A DNA stretch of 60,472 nucleotides, counting the filler, from Sphacelaria rigidula (lineage: Eukaryota): the NCBI GenBank assembly GCA_964200075.2. It is 9 parts of 9 records of this genome, joined end to end, with 100 filler letters (N's around TTAATTAATTAA, not from the genome) between each part and the next. Parts side by side here need not be neighbours in the genome. Positions count along the whole stretch, not along the records: positions 6,732 to 13,362 come from CAXNAA020018949.1; positions 13,463 to 20,093 come from CAXNAA020018950.1; positions 20,194 to 26,824 come from CAXNAA020018951.1; 6 more parts are not named here. The stretch is one strand, 5' to 3'. The translations under genes were made by a program, and so were the position numbers. A model generated the notes under the pieces. It ran no database searches. It saw nothing but the letters and a program-made list of their open reading frames with translations, and was not told the DNA's origin. Shown here piece after piece: positions 12,032-21,793 of this stretch (its first letter is position 1; each line of letters opens with the position of its first letter).

Positions 12032-12097
12032 AGCGGCGGCGGGAATCGAACCCGCCTGGAAGGGTCTGGAATCCATTACTCGCCAGACGGTGGCCAA
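12032..12097 (-). other. tRNA-like remnant (pseudo-tRNA or SINE head)
   Basis: Perfect T-arm GCGGG-TTCGATT-CCCGC with B box on the minus strand. D-arm and acceptor stem are not recoverable. Confidence 0.4.
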
Positions 12098-12114
12098 TGA
12101 AAAAATAAGTCACC

Positions 12115-12472
12115 TTGAAAGTCCTAGTATACCTGAGCACGACTAGAAACTACGGTCTGACGTTCAGTTCAGGGGAAAGTGTGCTCTCGATCTATTGTGA
12201 TGCTGAATACGCCAAGAAAGAGACAGACAGACGATCAGTTTCCGGGGTAGCGGTGATATACGGAGGGATAGCAGTATGGAGTATCGAGTATACTAGTCGA
12301 ACGCAACACTCACGAGTGGCCACTGGGGTGCTTGCAAGCTCAAATTTGGACGTTACAGACCTTGCACAAGTTCTGTGACGTCCGAATTTGAGCTTGCAGG
12401 CACCTCAGTGGCCACCCGTGCTGCGTTACCCTGTCAACCACCGAGGCCGAGGATATAGCAATGGCCGAAGGG
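12115..12472 (+). mobile_element. Ty1/copia RT-RNase H fragment (interrupted by a MITE)
   Basis: KVLVYLSTTRNYGLTF..IYCDAEYAKKETDRRSVSG..SRTQH, continuing after the insertion as CVTLSTTEAEDIAMAEG (copia RNase H D.D.A..RRS and STTEAEY motifs). Confidence 0.9.
12311..12420. mobile_element. 110 bp MITE, CACG..CGTG termini, 2-bp TSD (CT)
   Basis: ~50 bp TIRs CACGAGTGGCCACTGGGGTGCTTGCAAGCTCAAATT / AATTTGAGCTTGCAGGCACCTCAGTGGCCACCCGTG, flanked by CT on both sides. Removing the element plus one CT restores the copia frame TQHCVTLSTTEAE. Confidence 0.92.
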
Positions 12473-12569
12473 CCCCCGAAGATCACTGATGTGTCATGCT
12501 GGGACGAACCGCGCATAGCATATCTTTTGTTCACGAAGCGAACAGTTTACCCATTGAAGTAGTGAGCGC

Positions 12570-12760
12570 TCACTGGTGGCTCAATGGTCACATGCCAACT
12601 TGTGGAACAAGAGGTCGGGGGTTCGAGACTCCAGACGATCGATTGCTGGTGGAATTTGAGATGGGGACAGAGAGGCTTGCGAGGGGCAGGAAGGCCTGGA
12701 GATTACTGAAGTGTCATGCCGGGACGGACCACACTGCATATTTTTTGTTCAGGAAGTGAA
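12570..12760 (+). mobile_element. tRNA-derived SINE-like sequence
   Basis: A box TGGCTCAATGG and B box GGTTCGAGACTCC at tRNA spacing (~12577-12632), followed by a non-tRNA body. 3' limit is approximate. Confidence 0.55.
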
Positions 12761-13295
12761 CAGGCACCTTCCATAACCTTCCACCTTGTAGTTGCGAACG
12801 TTACCTAACCTCAGACCTGACGCGGGTACCTTACAGAACCTTCCAGGTTCCAAAACGCGGATAGACTACGTTACGGAAGGTCGGCCGTAACCTCTTGATG
12901 TAACGTGTACCGGTGGCCACCCGTGTAACGCTGACATTCCTGGTCCGACCTATCGTCGAAATGGTCTATACTTTTGTGTTTCAGCCATTGATCACGATAA
13001 GTGTGGAGTATTGACTGGGCGGGAGACCGTGCGCAAAAACGATAAACGAAGTGATGCGATAGCATTATAAATGGATCAAATGGACTACGTTTACTGAGAA
13101 GAGGATTGGTTTGGCGGCGACTGTGTATTTGTTTTGAGTCTCCTGAACATATATGCGAGTGTTTGGTGGGTGGATAGTTTTAATGCATAGTTCTTTGGGG
13201 TGAAGAGCCGAGAATAGTCAAGGGATCTCAGCTTTGGACGGGGACGTCATGATCGTAATCCTCCGCACCCTGCCCTTCTTCCGGACGACATGTAG

Positions 13296-13362
13296 ATGTG
13301 TGTGTGTGTTGTCGTCCCATTTATTCTGGGCACCAGTCTACATCTTTCGGTGTATGTGGGTG
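13296..13362 (-). mobile_element. SINE family A, 3' end with (CA)n tail, cut by contig end
   Basis: GTGTGTGTTGTCGTCCCATTTATTCTGGGCACCAGTCTACATC matches the copies at 20256-20601 and 48109-48345. Confidence 0.75.
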
Positions 13363-15008
13363 NNNNNNNNNNNNNNNNNNNNNNNNNNNNNNNNNNNNNN
13401 NNNNNNTTAATTAATTAANNNNNNNNNNNNNNNNNNNNNNNNNNNNNNNNNNNNNNNNNNNNGGGGGGGGGGAGGTTGCAGTGGCGACTCCTGTCATTTC
13501 CGTGACAGGCTTCTGGAGCTCTCGGGGTGTGAGTAAGGATGTGTAACCCCTCGACCCCGGGGGTGGTTCATTTGGGTCCCAATGTCACCTTCAAGTGAGA
13601 ATACCCATTCAACAGATGACCCACCCTGACGGTCAGAGGAATCGATGAAATGATGGGGCGGAACGGACCCGACAACAGGAATCCGACTACCGTGCGTTAC
13701 CACGGCACAGTAGAGAGGGTGGTCGACGAGTGCGGTGTGACTACACGCAATGACGCTACGCGAAGCTCCCATCTTGTGCATAAACTGAGATGAAGCATGA
13801 CTGGAACATCTGTGCGGTTGTGCAAATATTTGCTTGAACGTTGCCGGGTTTTGGACAAATTGGCGAAGTGAAACGCGATGTTTTTTCCAGCGTGGTGACA
13901 TTAACTCGAGGACATGGCGTCGAGGAGTAGCCCCTCCGACAAATGCCTTCTCCAGATACATGAGGAAGTGCATGGGTTTGATGTACTTCTTAGCGATCTT
14001 GCGTCGGATGCGGTTTGGCGGTACTGTAGTGAAGTACGGTACTGAGCGACGGGCAGGAACGCAGGGGGGGATTTCAGCAACCTCTTCTGCGCCACTTTCT
14101 CCCACCCAGACGCCACAGTCCCTATTTCAGAGCACAAGTTCCTCATCGTCTATATTGTTTGCTGTTCCCGATGCAAAGTGACATGATACGACACAGTCAC
14201 CTACCTTGCATCCAGTACGGTAGAGCTAGTCAGCAACGCAACCAGTATCATCTTCGTCCTTGCAAAAACACAAGGTACAGGACAACACTGCTGTGACCCT
14301 TGACATCGAATGCTGAGAGCGAACACAACGACAGTTCGAGGAAAGCATCAGGTCGCACCGCAAGATCAAACATGTTGGTCGACCAAGCAGTGCGAGTACG
14401 CGAGTACTTGTGCACCGCAATGACACCTCGTGAGCCTTCGACAAGGAAGAAGCGCTCTCCTGAATACGATCCGTACGACTTCGCATGGGTGACGTGCTCA
14501 TCCCTGTGCGAGAATGGCAGTTCCCCACCCTGGAATCCTTCATGATGGTATGCGAGAAGGTGCTCGCAATATTTCCTCTTATACAAGCCGCCGTCCCTAC
14601 CCATCATCCGATGTACACAGCAAATGCACATACGGTATGCAATCTCCAAATTCGAGTTTGACCCCAAATCAATATTCACACACCTCCGCAGCGAACAACG
14701 CCCGACCCCATACGTAAGTCTACACCCTGGAACGGGAAAAACATGAGGACCCTGGGAAAGCTTTCATCCTGCCGTAGCCGGCCCCAAATACCAGGTACCC
14801 CTCCTCTGTATAAGTACGGTACCTGCTAGCTCACAACATATCTCAGATTGTGATTGTTGGAGAACCTCAAGATAACGTTAAGAAATCCCATCACTACTAC
14901 ACACAAAAAAGCAACATGAAAGGATACCCATTAATCTGATACTTGGATGCCAGTAGGCGACGACGTCTAGACACCTAGACCAAGGTGTAGAGATAGAACA
15001 CTTCGATG

Positions 15009-18000
15009 TTATCCTCGAGCATGCTGAGCCGGTTTCGCTTGCTTGGATTTCTTCTTGTTTGTTTTGGCCGCCTTTTCCCTCTCCGCCTTGTGTTTTTCTG
15101 AAAACGTCAAAGCTCCGAAGGTTTGGAATGGGTCTTTCTTCGTGGACTTCGCGCCCAGCTTCGGCTTCTTCTTGTTTCTTGATCCGTGCTGCGAGGTCGC
15201 CTCCACGTCCATCTTGACACCGAAATACAAGCGGGAGAATGGATGCAAAATTGTCATGACCAGCAGCGCAAAAAACGATAGAAACAGGCACGTGGATCAT
15301 CTGTACACTGGTGACCAGCACGCACATGGAAGCACCAAAGCTCCGTGCTAATATATGATGACAATGAAAACAACGAGTAGCAAACGACGTTCACGTGAGA
15401 TTGAGAGTAGAGCGTTGATTGAGAGTGGGTCTTATCATTCGCTTTTAAATTGACCAGCTTTTCATCATGTGTGCTTTTCTTTGCTTCTAACACTGGCGTG
15501 TGCTTCCAGCAACACGTCCATATCCTACTCAGGGATATGAAGGGCTCCAGTGGTAGGCTACTATAGAAAGCGTGTCGGACCTCGTGGAGGATCACTTCGG
15601 AACTGAAGCGATTTACGAGCTGGGCCAGCCAACAGTGGGTAGTTTTCTCGCTCAGGCGACGCACGGCATAAAATTAGGAGTTGGATGCTGAAATTTTGAC
15701 AGCAGCTTATTATTATCGACATGAAGAATATGACGAGAGAAGCAAAGAAAAAAAAGAGGAAGTTATGGGGATTTGAAATTTCAGCAAATACAAGATAATG
15801 TCAGAAGTCCACGGAAAAAACGAGAATCTTCAGCTGCTCCCGCAGTGTATCATTTCCTTGGGTGCAGAAGGTCCTCGTGAAGTTTCAGCTCAAGAGTCGT
15901 CGAATTGGGCCGTGCGTGCAACGTTTTGCGTGACGCTGCTGCACCCCACATGTACCCAGTACGCGGTGATTGCTGACGTGAACCCACCGCTTGAAAAAAA
16001 AAGGCACTCCGACACGCTATCGCCCAACGATATCAGATGCACCCCGTACTCCATGCAATGCAATAACGTCAAAGGCAATACGACGCCAATCGAACAACGA
16101 CGCAGTCCCTTGTCATCAGGTGGGTCTACAGTTCAAAGTGATGTGCTTACATCGGGTTCATTCGGGAAACTGGGAAAGCTGTGGTGTGGGCAAATTTTAG
16201 TCGCCTTTAAGCTGGCCCAGCTCGTATTCATTAATTGACCGCTTCTCACTTTGAATCGTATCCTCTACTCTCAATTTCACGAAAACGCTGTTAGCAGCGG
16301 AAGCCTAAAACGCCACCCAACAGGGCAGCGACGACACGAAATTGTCTTCTGGCGTTCACATTTGTCAACAACTGAACTTGTTCCGTGTTCAAGGAATTAG
16401 TGAGCTACCAGTCAAAGCTCCTGTGTCTAGTTTCTGAAAAGATAATCGACACTCGTGATGTTGTATTACAGCGAACGACAACTGCTCCCCACTAACCTCG
16501 CCCCGCCGCTTTACCTGCTCTGTCTCAGACTGTGGTGTAGGCAATGACTCATGTTCCGCTTCCCACTGCAGGTTCGGCAGGGTGTTCTGGTACTGCGGCG
16601 GCGGCAACCGCACCCCGAAGACGTCTGGGATCAGCGGTAGCGGTTTCCGGTTCACTTCATCTGCCTGGCGAATCAAGTCCTGGAGTTGTAATTTGAAGTA
16701 GACGGCATTTCAATCGGCATGGGTCGAGATGTAGAGCTTGGCGATTGCACGCATGCGAGGGTGTTAAAGGAGAAATAGGATGGTCGGCGAGGGGGCGTGG
16801 CAAGGGGGGTTCCCAAAAGTGTAACAATAACCGGATCGAAGACGGCTACCTTGCGTAAACAACCGCAGAGGGTCGCGGGGTGTTTGCGACCTCATGCATG
16901 GCGGCCCCCCAAAATGGGACGCTGAAGAACCTATGGCGCTACGCTCTGTTGCACCATGCTGTCTACTTGTGTGTGCTACTCTTTTTTTTCCCTTCGAAGG
17001 AAGGATGAAACCCGACCCAAGACTAAACCCTCGAGCAAGTTCGTGTGCCGATTACCCGGAAGCTTGGCTAGAGTGCCTTGCGGCACTCATGTGTGGTGGG
17101 CGCCTCGAGCGTTTGCAAGCTTTGCTCAAGGCAGCGTGGGGGTCGGACCCGCCAAAACCCCGTATCAACTTGGCGCAGTACACGCGCCGCCATGATCTTC
17201 TGAGGTTCGACCCCAGGCTACTACTTTATTCGCCGCAGTTGGGAGAGGCAAAGATGGCAACCTTTAACCGAAGCCAACTGGACAGCGGACGAACTGCCGC
17301 TACTGCAGTACCCATAAAAGTTCACCCGAGCGAAACTACCCTTCTCCCTCCCGATAATGGTAACGTGAACAGAAGCCAGCTGTGGCATCGTCCCTAATGA
17401 TAGCGGGAAACGCACATCTCTCGCTGGCGGGCCTGCAGAGAGGATGTCTTGTTTCTTGCGCACAGCTAATCGCACGTCATCCATGGCGATATCAACCCTC
17501 CCGGCGTGGTCAGCGTAGTCCCGCGTATCCCACAAGATCTCCGTTGTGTATCCTGAGTTTGCGTTTTTTCCGGTACAGCCCCTCGCCCCAAATGAGCGAG
17601 GAAAGGATCGTGTTCACGGTTACATGCTGGAGAGTCATGCAGGCTCCTAAGGACAAAAAAAATACTAGCGTGTGGTTCGGTAACGTAGTTCAGTAATGAA
17701 CGGTACGGCACTCTGCCGCTGTTTCGGACACGTGACAAAGGTTTGGGGTTGTCTGTACTCTGTTGCAAAACACGCAACAGTTTGTACGACGCTCACTTCG
17801 CATGCGCTCCACGAGCTGGCTGACTACCCTTGGCTCGTACGACTTCACTCCAGCATCCTTCAAAAGCTATTGCGGGGAAAGCGGTAGCGCGAGCGTCGAA
17901 GAGACGAGCAAATTGACGGGAGGGGGGAGACATCAGGGGAAGGAGGCAGCGAAGTTCACAACAGTTCCATCGTGGATGTCTAGGATGACGCAAAAGCGTG

Positions 18001-18597
18001 ACGGGATCATGTGTCGGAAATTTTTCACAGTGCCCTCCCTGACGCAGCTCTATACGACGGATCCCTCGAAATGTTGGCAGGAATACGCAAGCGTTGCACA
18101 GAGGGTTGATACAACGCCAGGCAAGTTGTCTATTGCCTCTGCTGAAACCCAAGCATGGAACATGCCAAGACGACTCAACGATCCACACTGCTGCTTGAGT
18201 TGTTGTTTTGCACGCGAGCTGCTATGCGACACAGCAAACTACGGCATAAAAAAACGGACATGAGTTATCACTGGCATGGAGTGGGTAAAGCAAGTACTGC
18301 AGGCACCGTCTTGGGCACGCAGACGCAAGGCTGAATGGGAATCCGGTGCTACAACCATCACCCAGCCGTTTTAAACCATGACAAACGGGAACTGAAATCC
18401 GGACCCAACAGCACGCCCGAAACGGTTTAATTCAGTCAGTGATCGATCTATTAATAGTACTCAGTATGAACAGTGAGTACCTTTATGATGGACTTCTCGT
18501 CGCGTTCATCGAGGGCCGCTTTAGCTTTTTCATCGGCTGTGCGCCTGCTGCTGGAGTCGGTCGTAATCGATCTTTTCGTAGCCGTATTTGACGCCAT
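15009..18597 (-). CDS. TAF9: Transcription initiation factor TFIID subunit 9 (histone-fold), 5 exons, ~230 aa
   Basis: Exons 18597-18481, 17866-17797, 17552-17416, 16679-16515 and 15212-15009, all GT-AG and phase-compatible (693 nt). Protein ..RDEKSIIK|LLKDAGVKSYEPRVVSQLVERMR|RYTTEILWDTRDYADHAGRVDIAMDDVRLA..PPARD|DLIRQADEVNRKPLPLIPDVFGVRLPP.. matches TAF9 motifs YEPRV, DDVRLA, N..PLP, G.RLPP. The last exon is inferred; the alternative is read-through to the stop at 16389. Confidence 0.93.
15616..16224. mobile_element. ~610 bp non-autonomous Tc1/mariner-type element in the last TAF9 intron
   Basis: 14-bp TIR CGAGCTGGGCCAGC / GCTGGCCCAGCTCG, flanked by TA on both sides. A homologous right end with TA lies at 26925-26959 on another contig. 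Confidence 0.75.
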
Positions 18598-20255
18598 CGC
18601 ACACAACAATACCCCTGTCCTGTCTGTCGGGGTCTGGTTTTCAGGCAAAGCAAAATCCCTCTGAGTCCTCTATCGAAGTTGACCACGGGGGCAATCGTGT
18701 CTCCAACGCTGCGATTTCGCAATTTTTTCTCATGCAGCAAGAAAAGATGCCCGAGAACACACAAATTCACTTCTAGATAGATGCTGTGGAGGCATTAAAG
18801 CTTGAATCCCATGCACCGCTGTCGTGAGGTGCCGCTCTCTCGTTTCCGAGGTCATCTGGTGAGCATATCCATAGATCCAAAATAGTGCAGCAGCCCCCCT
18901 ATTTGTCGACCATGCAGGACCGGAATAACGGGACTTCTGAGAAAATTATTTAATTGGCCGCTCTAGGGCGTGTCACTGCTGCTCTTCTGTACACACAAGC
19001 TTGTTACAGTATAAATAGGTGTATCCTGCCCAGCGCACATCGGCGATCGCACTCAAATTGTAGACACTGGAGGACTTACTGCACTACATTCGACAGGGTG
19101 CCAGTGTAACGGGGAACGCGACCGACGGGAGAAACACGGAGGAGGCGAGTTCGCAGTAGTTTGCAACACAAGAGCGCTCGGGAGAGGCAAATAAAAAACA
19201 ACAGCAACACGTTTGATGTTGAAACCGGAGTGACGACGGACGAGGTAAATGACCCGGGGAAAAACCGCGCGACACAGATATCGTACCATACTAAAATCAA
19301 GTGAAAATCAACAGTGCACTGATTCTTGTCGAGTTTTAGATTTTTGTTGGTTCGACCTTTTTGTTCCGATTACCTTTGTATGCGTGGTGTGCATGTGTAC
19401 TGACTGTAATGTACTGACTGTAATGTGCAGTTGTCGGTCGAGTCTCGTGGTTTGTACAGTCAACATCACCGTGGCATAGTACGCAACACCTCGATACATG
19501 CGTACCGCCTAGGTTGATGCCCCCCCCCCCCAACGCACGCACTATGTGCAAAATATATTTCTCGCGGCCCTCAAGGCGCATTGCTCTGCACACGTTACCT
19601 CCCTCCCCCTCCCCGGTTCCTAACATCATGTGAACGCCCCCTGCCCCTCTACCCCCTCGCTCACACAGATATCGTACTTGTTGGGGTAGTTGTAGGGTAT
19701 CACGTTCCGAGACCCGAGACCATCTGCTTTGTTTACCGCGCGGCACACTCCCCCAGAACACGATTTACGTGGAACCTCCTTCTGCTTGATGTACAAAAGT
19801 ATGCTTGAACAGTACACCTCCGACGCAAGGCCCAACATCGACAGAGGGATGACACTCGGATCCAAGGGCGCCGGTTCGGCTTGCGACCTTTCTTGCCCTG
19901 TGTCTTAAACAATACACTTTGCATTGTAGACTGTAGTAAACTTTCTAGCCGGTACGATGATCTGGGGGTTGGACGCCCGCAACGTACTTGCTTGCTTTTT
20001 GGTGAATGTCGCAGAATTCGCCCCCCCCGCCCCCGCGCCGTCGCCTCCTCGCCGCTCGCGCCCCGCGGCCGCTTCCGTCGCGCTCGGCCCCTGNNNNNNN
20101 NNNNNNNNNNNNNNNNNNNNNNNNNNNNNNNNNNNNNTTAATTAATTAANNNNNNNNNNNNNNNNNNNNNNNNNNNNNNNNNNNNNNNNNNNNAAGAAAC
20201 AAGGAAGAGATGGGCCCGAAGGACATGTACACGAACACGGCTATATTAGTGTTTT

Positions 20256-20601
20256 GTGTGTGTTGTCATTCCATCTTTCTGGACGCCGGTCTACACCTTT
20301 CGTTATACGTGGGCGCACCGGCCGGGGTAACACGGGAGGAAGGCCAACGCAGGAGTTTTTTTGTTTTAGTTCTCCACCTTCCTTCTGCGGTGCTTGACTT
20401 CACGTTTTTTCATCGAGAGAGGGGTTCAGCCGTCACTTTCCCTCGTCGACTATGGAGTCGAATTTCGTGTACCCACGATATAGTCGCTTCCCACTGTTGG
20501 GCATTGTATAAGAAACAGTCCCAGATCGCTTCGAGATTCGAACCCACGACCCAATCGTCAGAGGGTTTAGAGATTACCAACTCAGCCACTGGGCGACCGG
20601 C
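20256..20601 (-). mobile_element. tRNA-derived SINE family A, near full length
   Basis: Minus-strand head GCCGGTCGCCCAGTGGCTGAGTTGG (A box) ... GGTTCGAATCT (B box). Body is shared with the copies at 13296 and 48109. (CA)n tail. Confidence 0.8.
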
Positions 20602-21205
20602 AGTAGCAATCAAATTTTGAGCAAAACAACTTCGAATGAAAACAAATTTCGTCCCCGCACAGCAGTTTCGAGACCCAGGGTAGAGAACTCTGTGAAAGTG
20701 ATCCACTGTAAGTGAATAAAGTGGGACTAGCTGAGGGTTTGGTGTTTTTTCTGTGTTTTTTTTTGTCTTTTGTATGAGGGGCGGAGAATATCGAAGCTTG
20801 TCATTAAACAGTTTTCCCGAGGTGCACAAGGAGACACTGAGGTCATTCTCACCGCCTCGGGTGCGAGCAAGGATCAGCTTTTGGTGAACGCTTATGCGCA
20901 CACCGTATCGTTCGTAGCGAGTAGTTGAGCATCGAGGTTCCTTACTATGATGACGTGCACACAATGGGCTTCCCAAGTGATTTTTTCTCACGGGGGCGGG
21001 AACGGGCCAAATCTCGCAAATGACACAAAACAAGTTTGAATGAGTTCGTCTTTCCGTCACATCAACGCTTCAAGCACCCGTGGTGTTCTGTTTCAAGATT
21101 TCCGGCCTGCCCGTGACAGTACCGCCAACCATGGGGGAATGACCGTAGTACAGCGTAGATGGCCCCCAGTAACCCGAATAATTGGCTATCGTTTTTCACC
21201 AACAA

Positions 21206-21301
21206 GATTGATTCATTGATTGATTCATTGATTGATTCATTGATTGGTTGATTGGTTGATTGATTGATTGGTTGGTTGGTTGATTCGTTGATTGATTGAT
21301 T
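21206..21301. repeat. (TTGA/TTGG)n microsatellite, possibly the 3' tail of a minus-strand non-LTR element
   Basis: Imperfect GATT/GGTT tetranucleotide run seen directly. Confidence 0.9.
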
Positions 21302-21384
21302 GCCGCGCCTTAACTGATCCCCAGGGATACAGCCGTGGTGACACAATGGACGTATCCGAGCTTGTGCGGCATATTGTTTGTGTT

Positions 21385-21707
21385 ATTGTCCTACTTTGAA
21401 CCCCTGCCCTTCCTCGGGACGAGTCTGTGATCTTAACGTGTCAATCCTCCCCTCACTGGTACACGCCTTGCACTTTGATCTCGCGGATTGGGGTCAGCAA
21501 TCCCGTACCGCTTCAGCTCTCGTCAAACAAACAGCGAAATAATTCCACGTCCTCACGCAAACCCCGCCGTACGCCCGCTTTCGACGGTGGAAATCAGATG
21601 CTTAAAAGAAAAACCCACATAAAACCCAACCTATCTTGCAGGGATCAAACCCACGACTTCTCCACCCTATTGGCGACAGTCGGACTCCTAGACCACTGGG
21701 CTGCGGT
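21385..21707 (-). mobile_element. tRNA-derived SINE family B
   Basis: Minus-strand A box TGGTCTAGGG and B box GGTTTGATCCC. The 3' part (ACTTTGAACCCC..CTTCCTCGGGA.GAGTCTGTG) recurs at ~35385-35460 next to an AT-rich tail. Confidence 0.7.
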
Positions 21708-21793
21708 CTGCATTTTCAAACGTAAACGCCGACCGAGGCTGCCCTACGTTCCTTCGCTGTCAACGCTGTGAGCTTCCGAATGGGCATCAACGG

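Larger units (their letters stand above)
11071..12925. mobile_element. Non-autonomous TIR element with CACG termini (CMC/EnSpm-like) enclosing nested insertions
   Basis: CACGGGTGGCCACTGGTACACGTTA (11071) vs TAACGTGTACCGGTGGCCACCCGTG (12901-12925), 24/25 inverted match, with GTTAC/GTAAC-rich subterminal repeats. Flanks show no TSD, so the two ends may come from different copies. Confidence 0.55.

Noticed and set aside
12032..12097. Functional tRNA gene
   Set aside because: Only the T-arm is intact; no acceptor stem or D-arm can be folded. The same applies to the SINE heads at 12570, ~20520-20601 and ~21640-21707.
16894..18263. Plus-strand ORFs of 167 aa and 166 aa
   Set aside because: They are antisense to TAF9 introns and exons and carry no recognisable motifs.
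20410..21060. 216 aa minus-strand ORF
   Set aside because: It runs into a SINE head and has no domain signature; probably a chance ORF.
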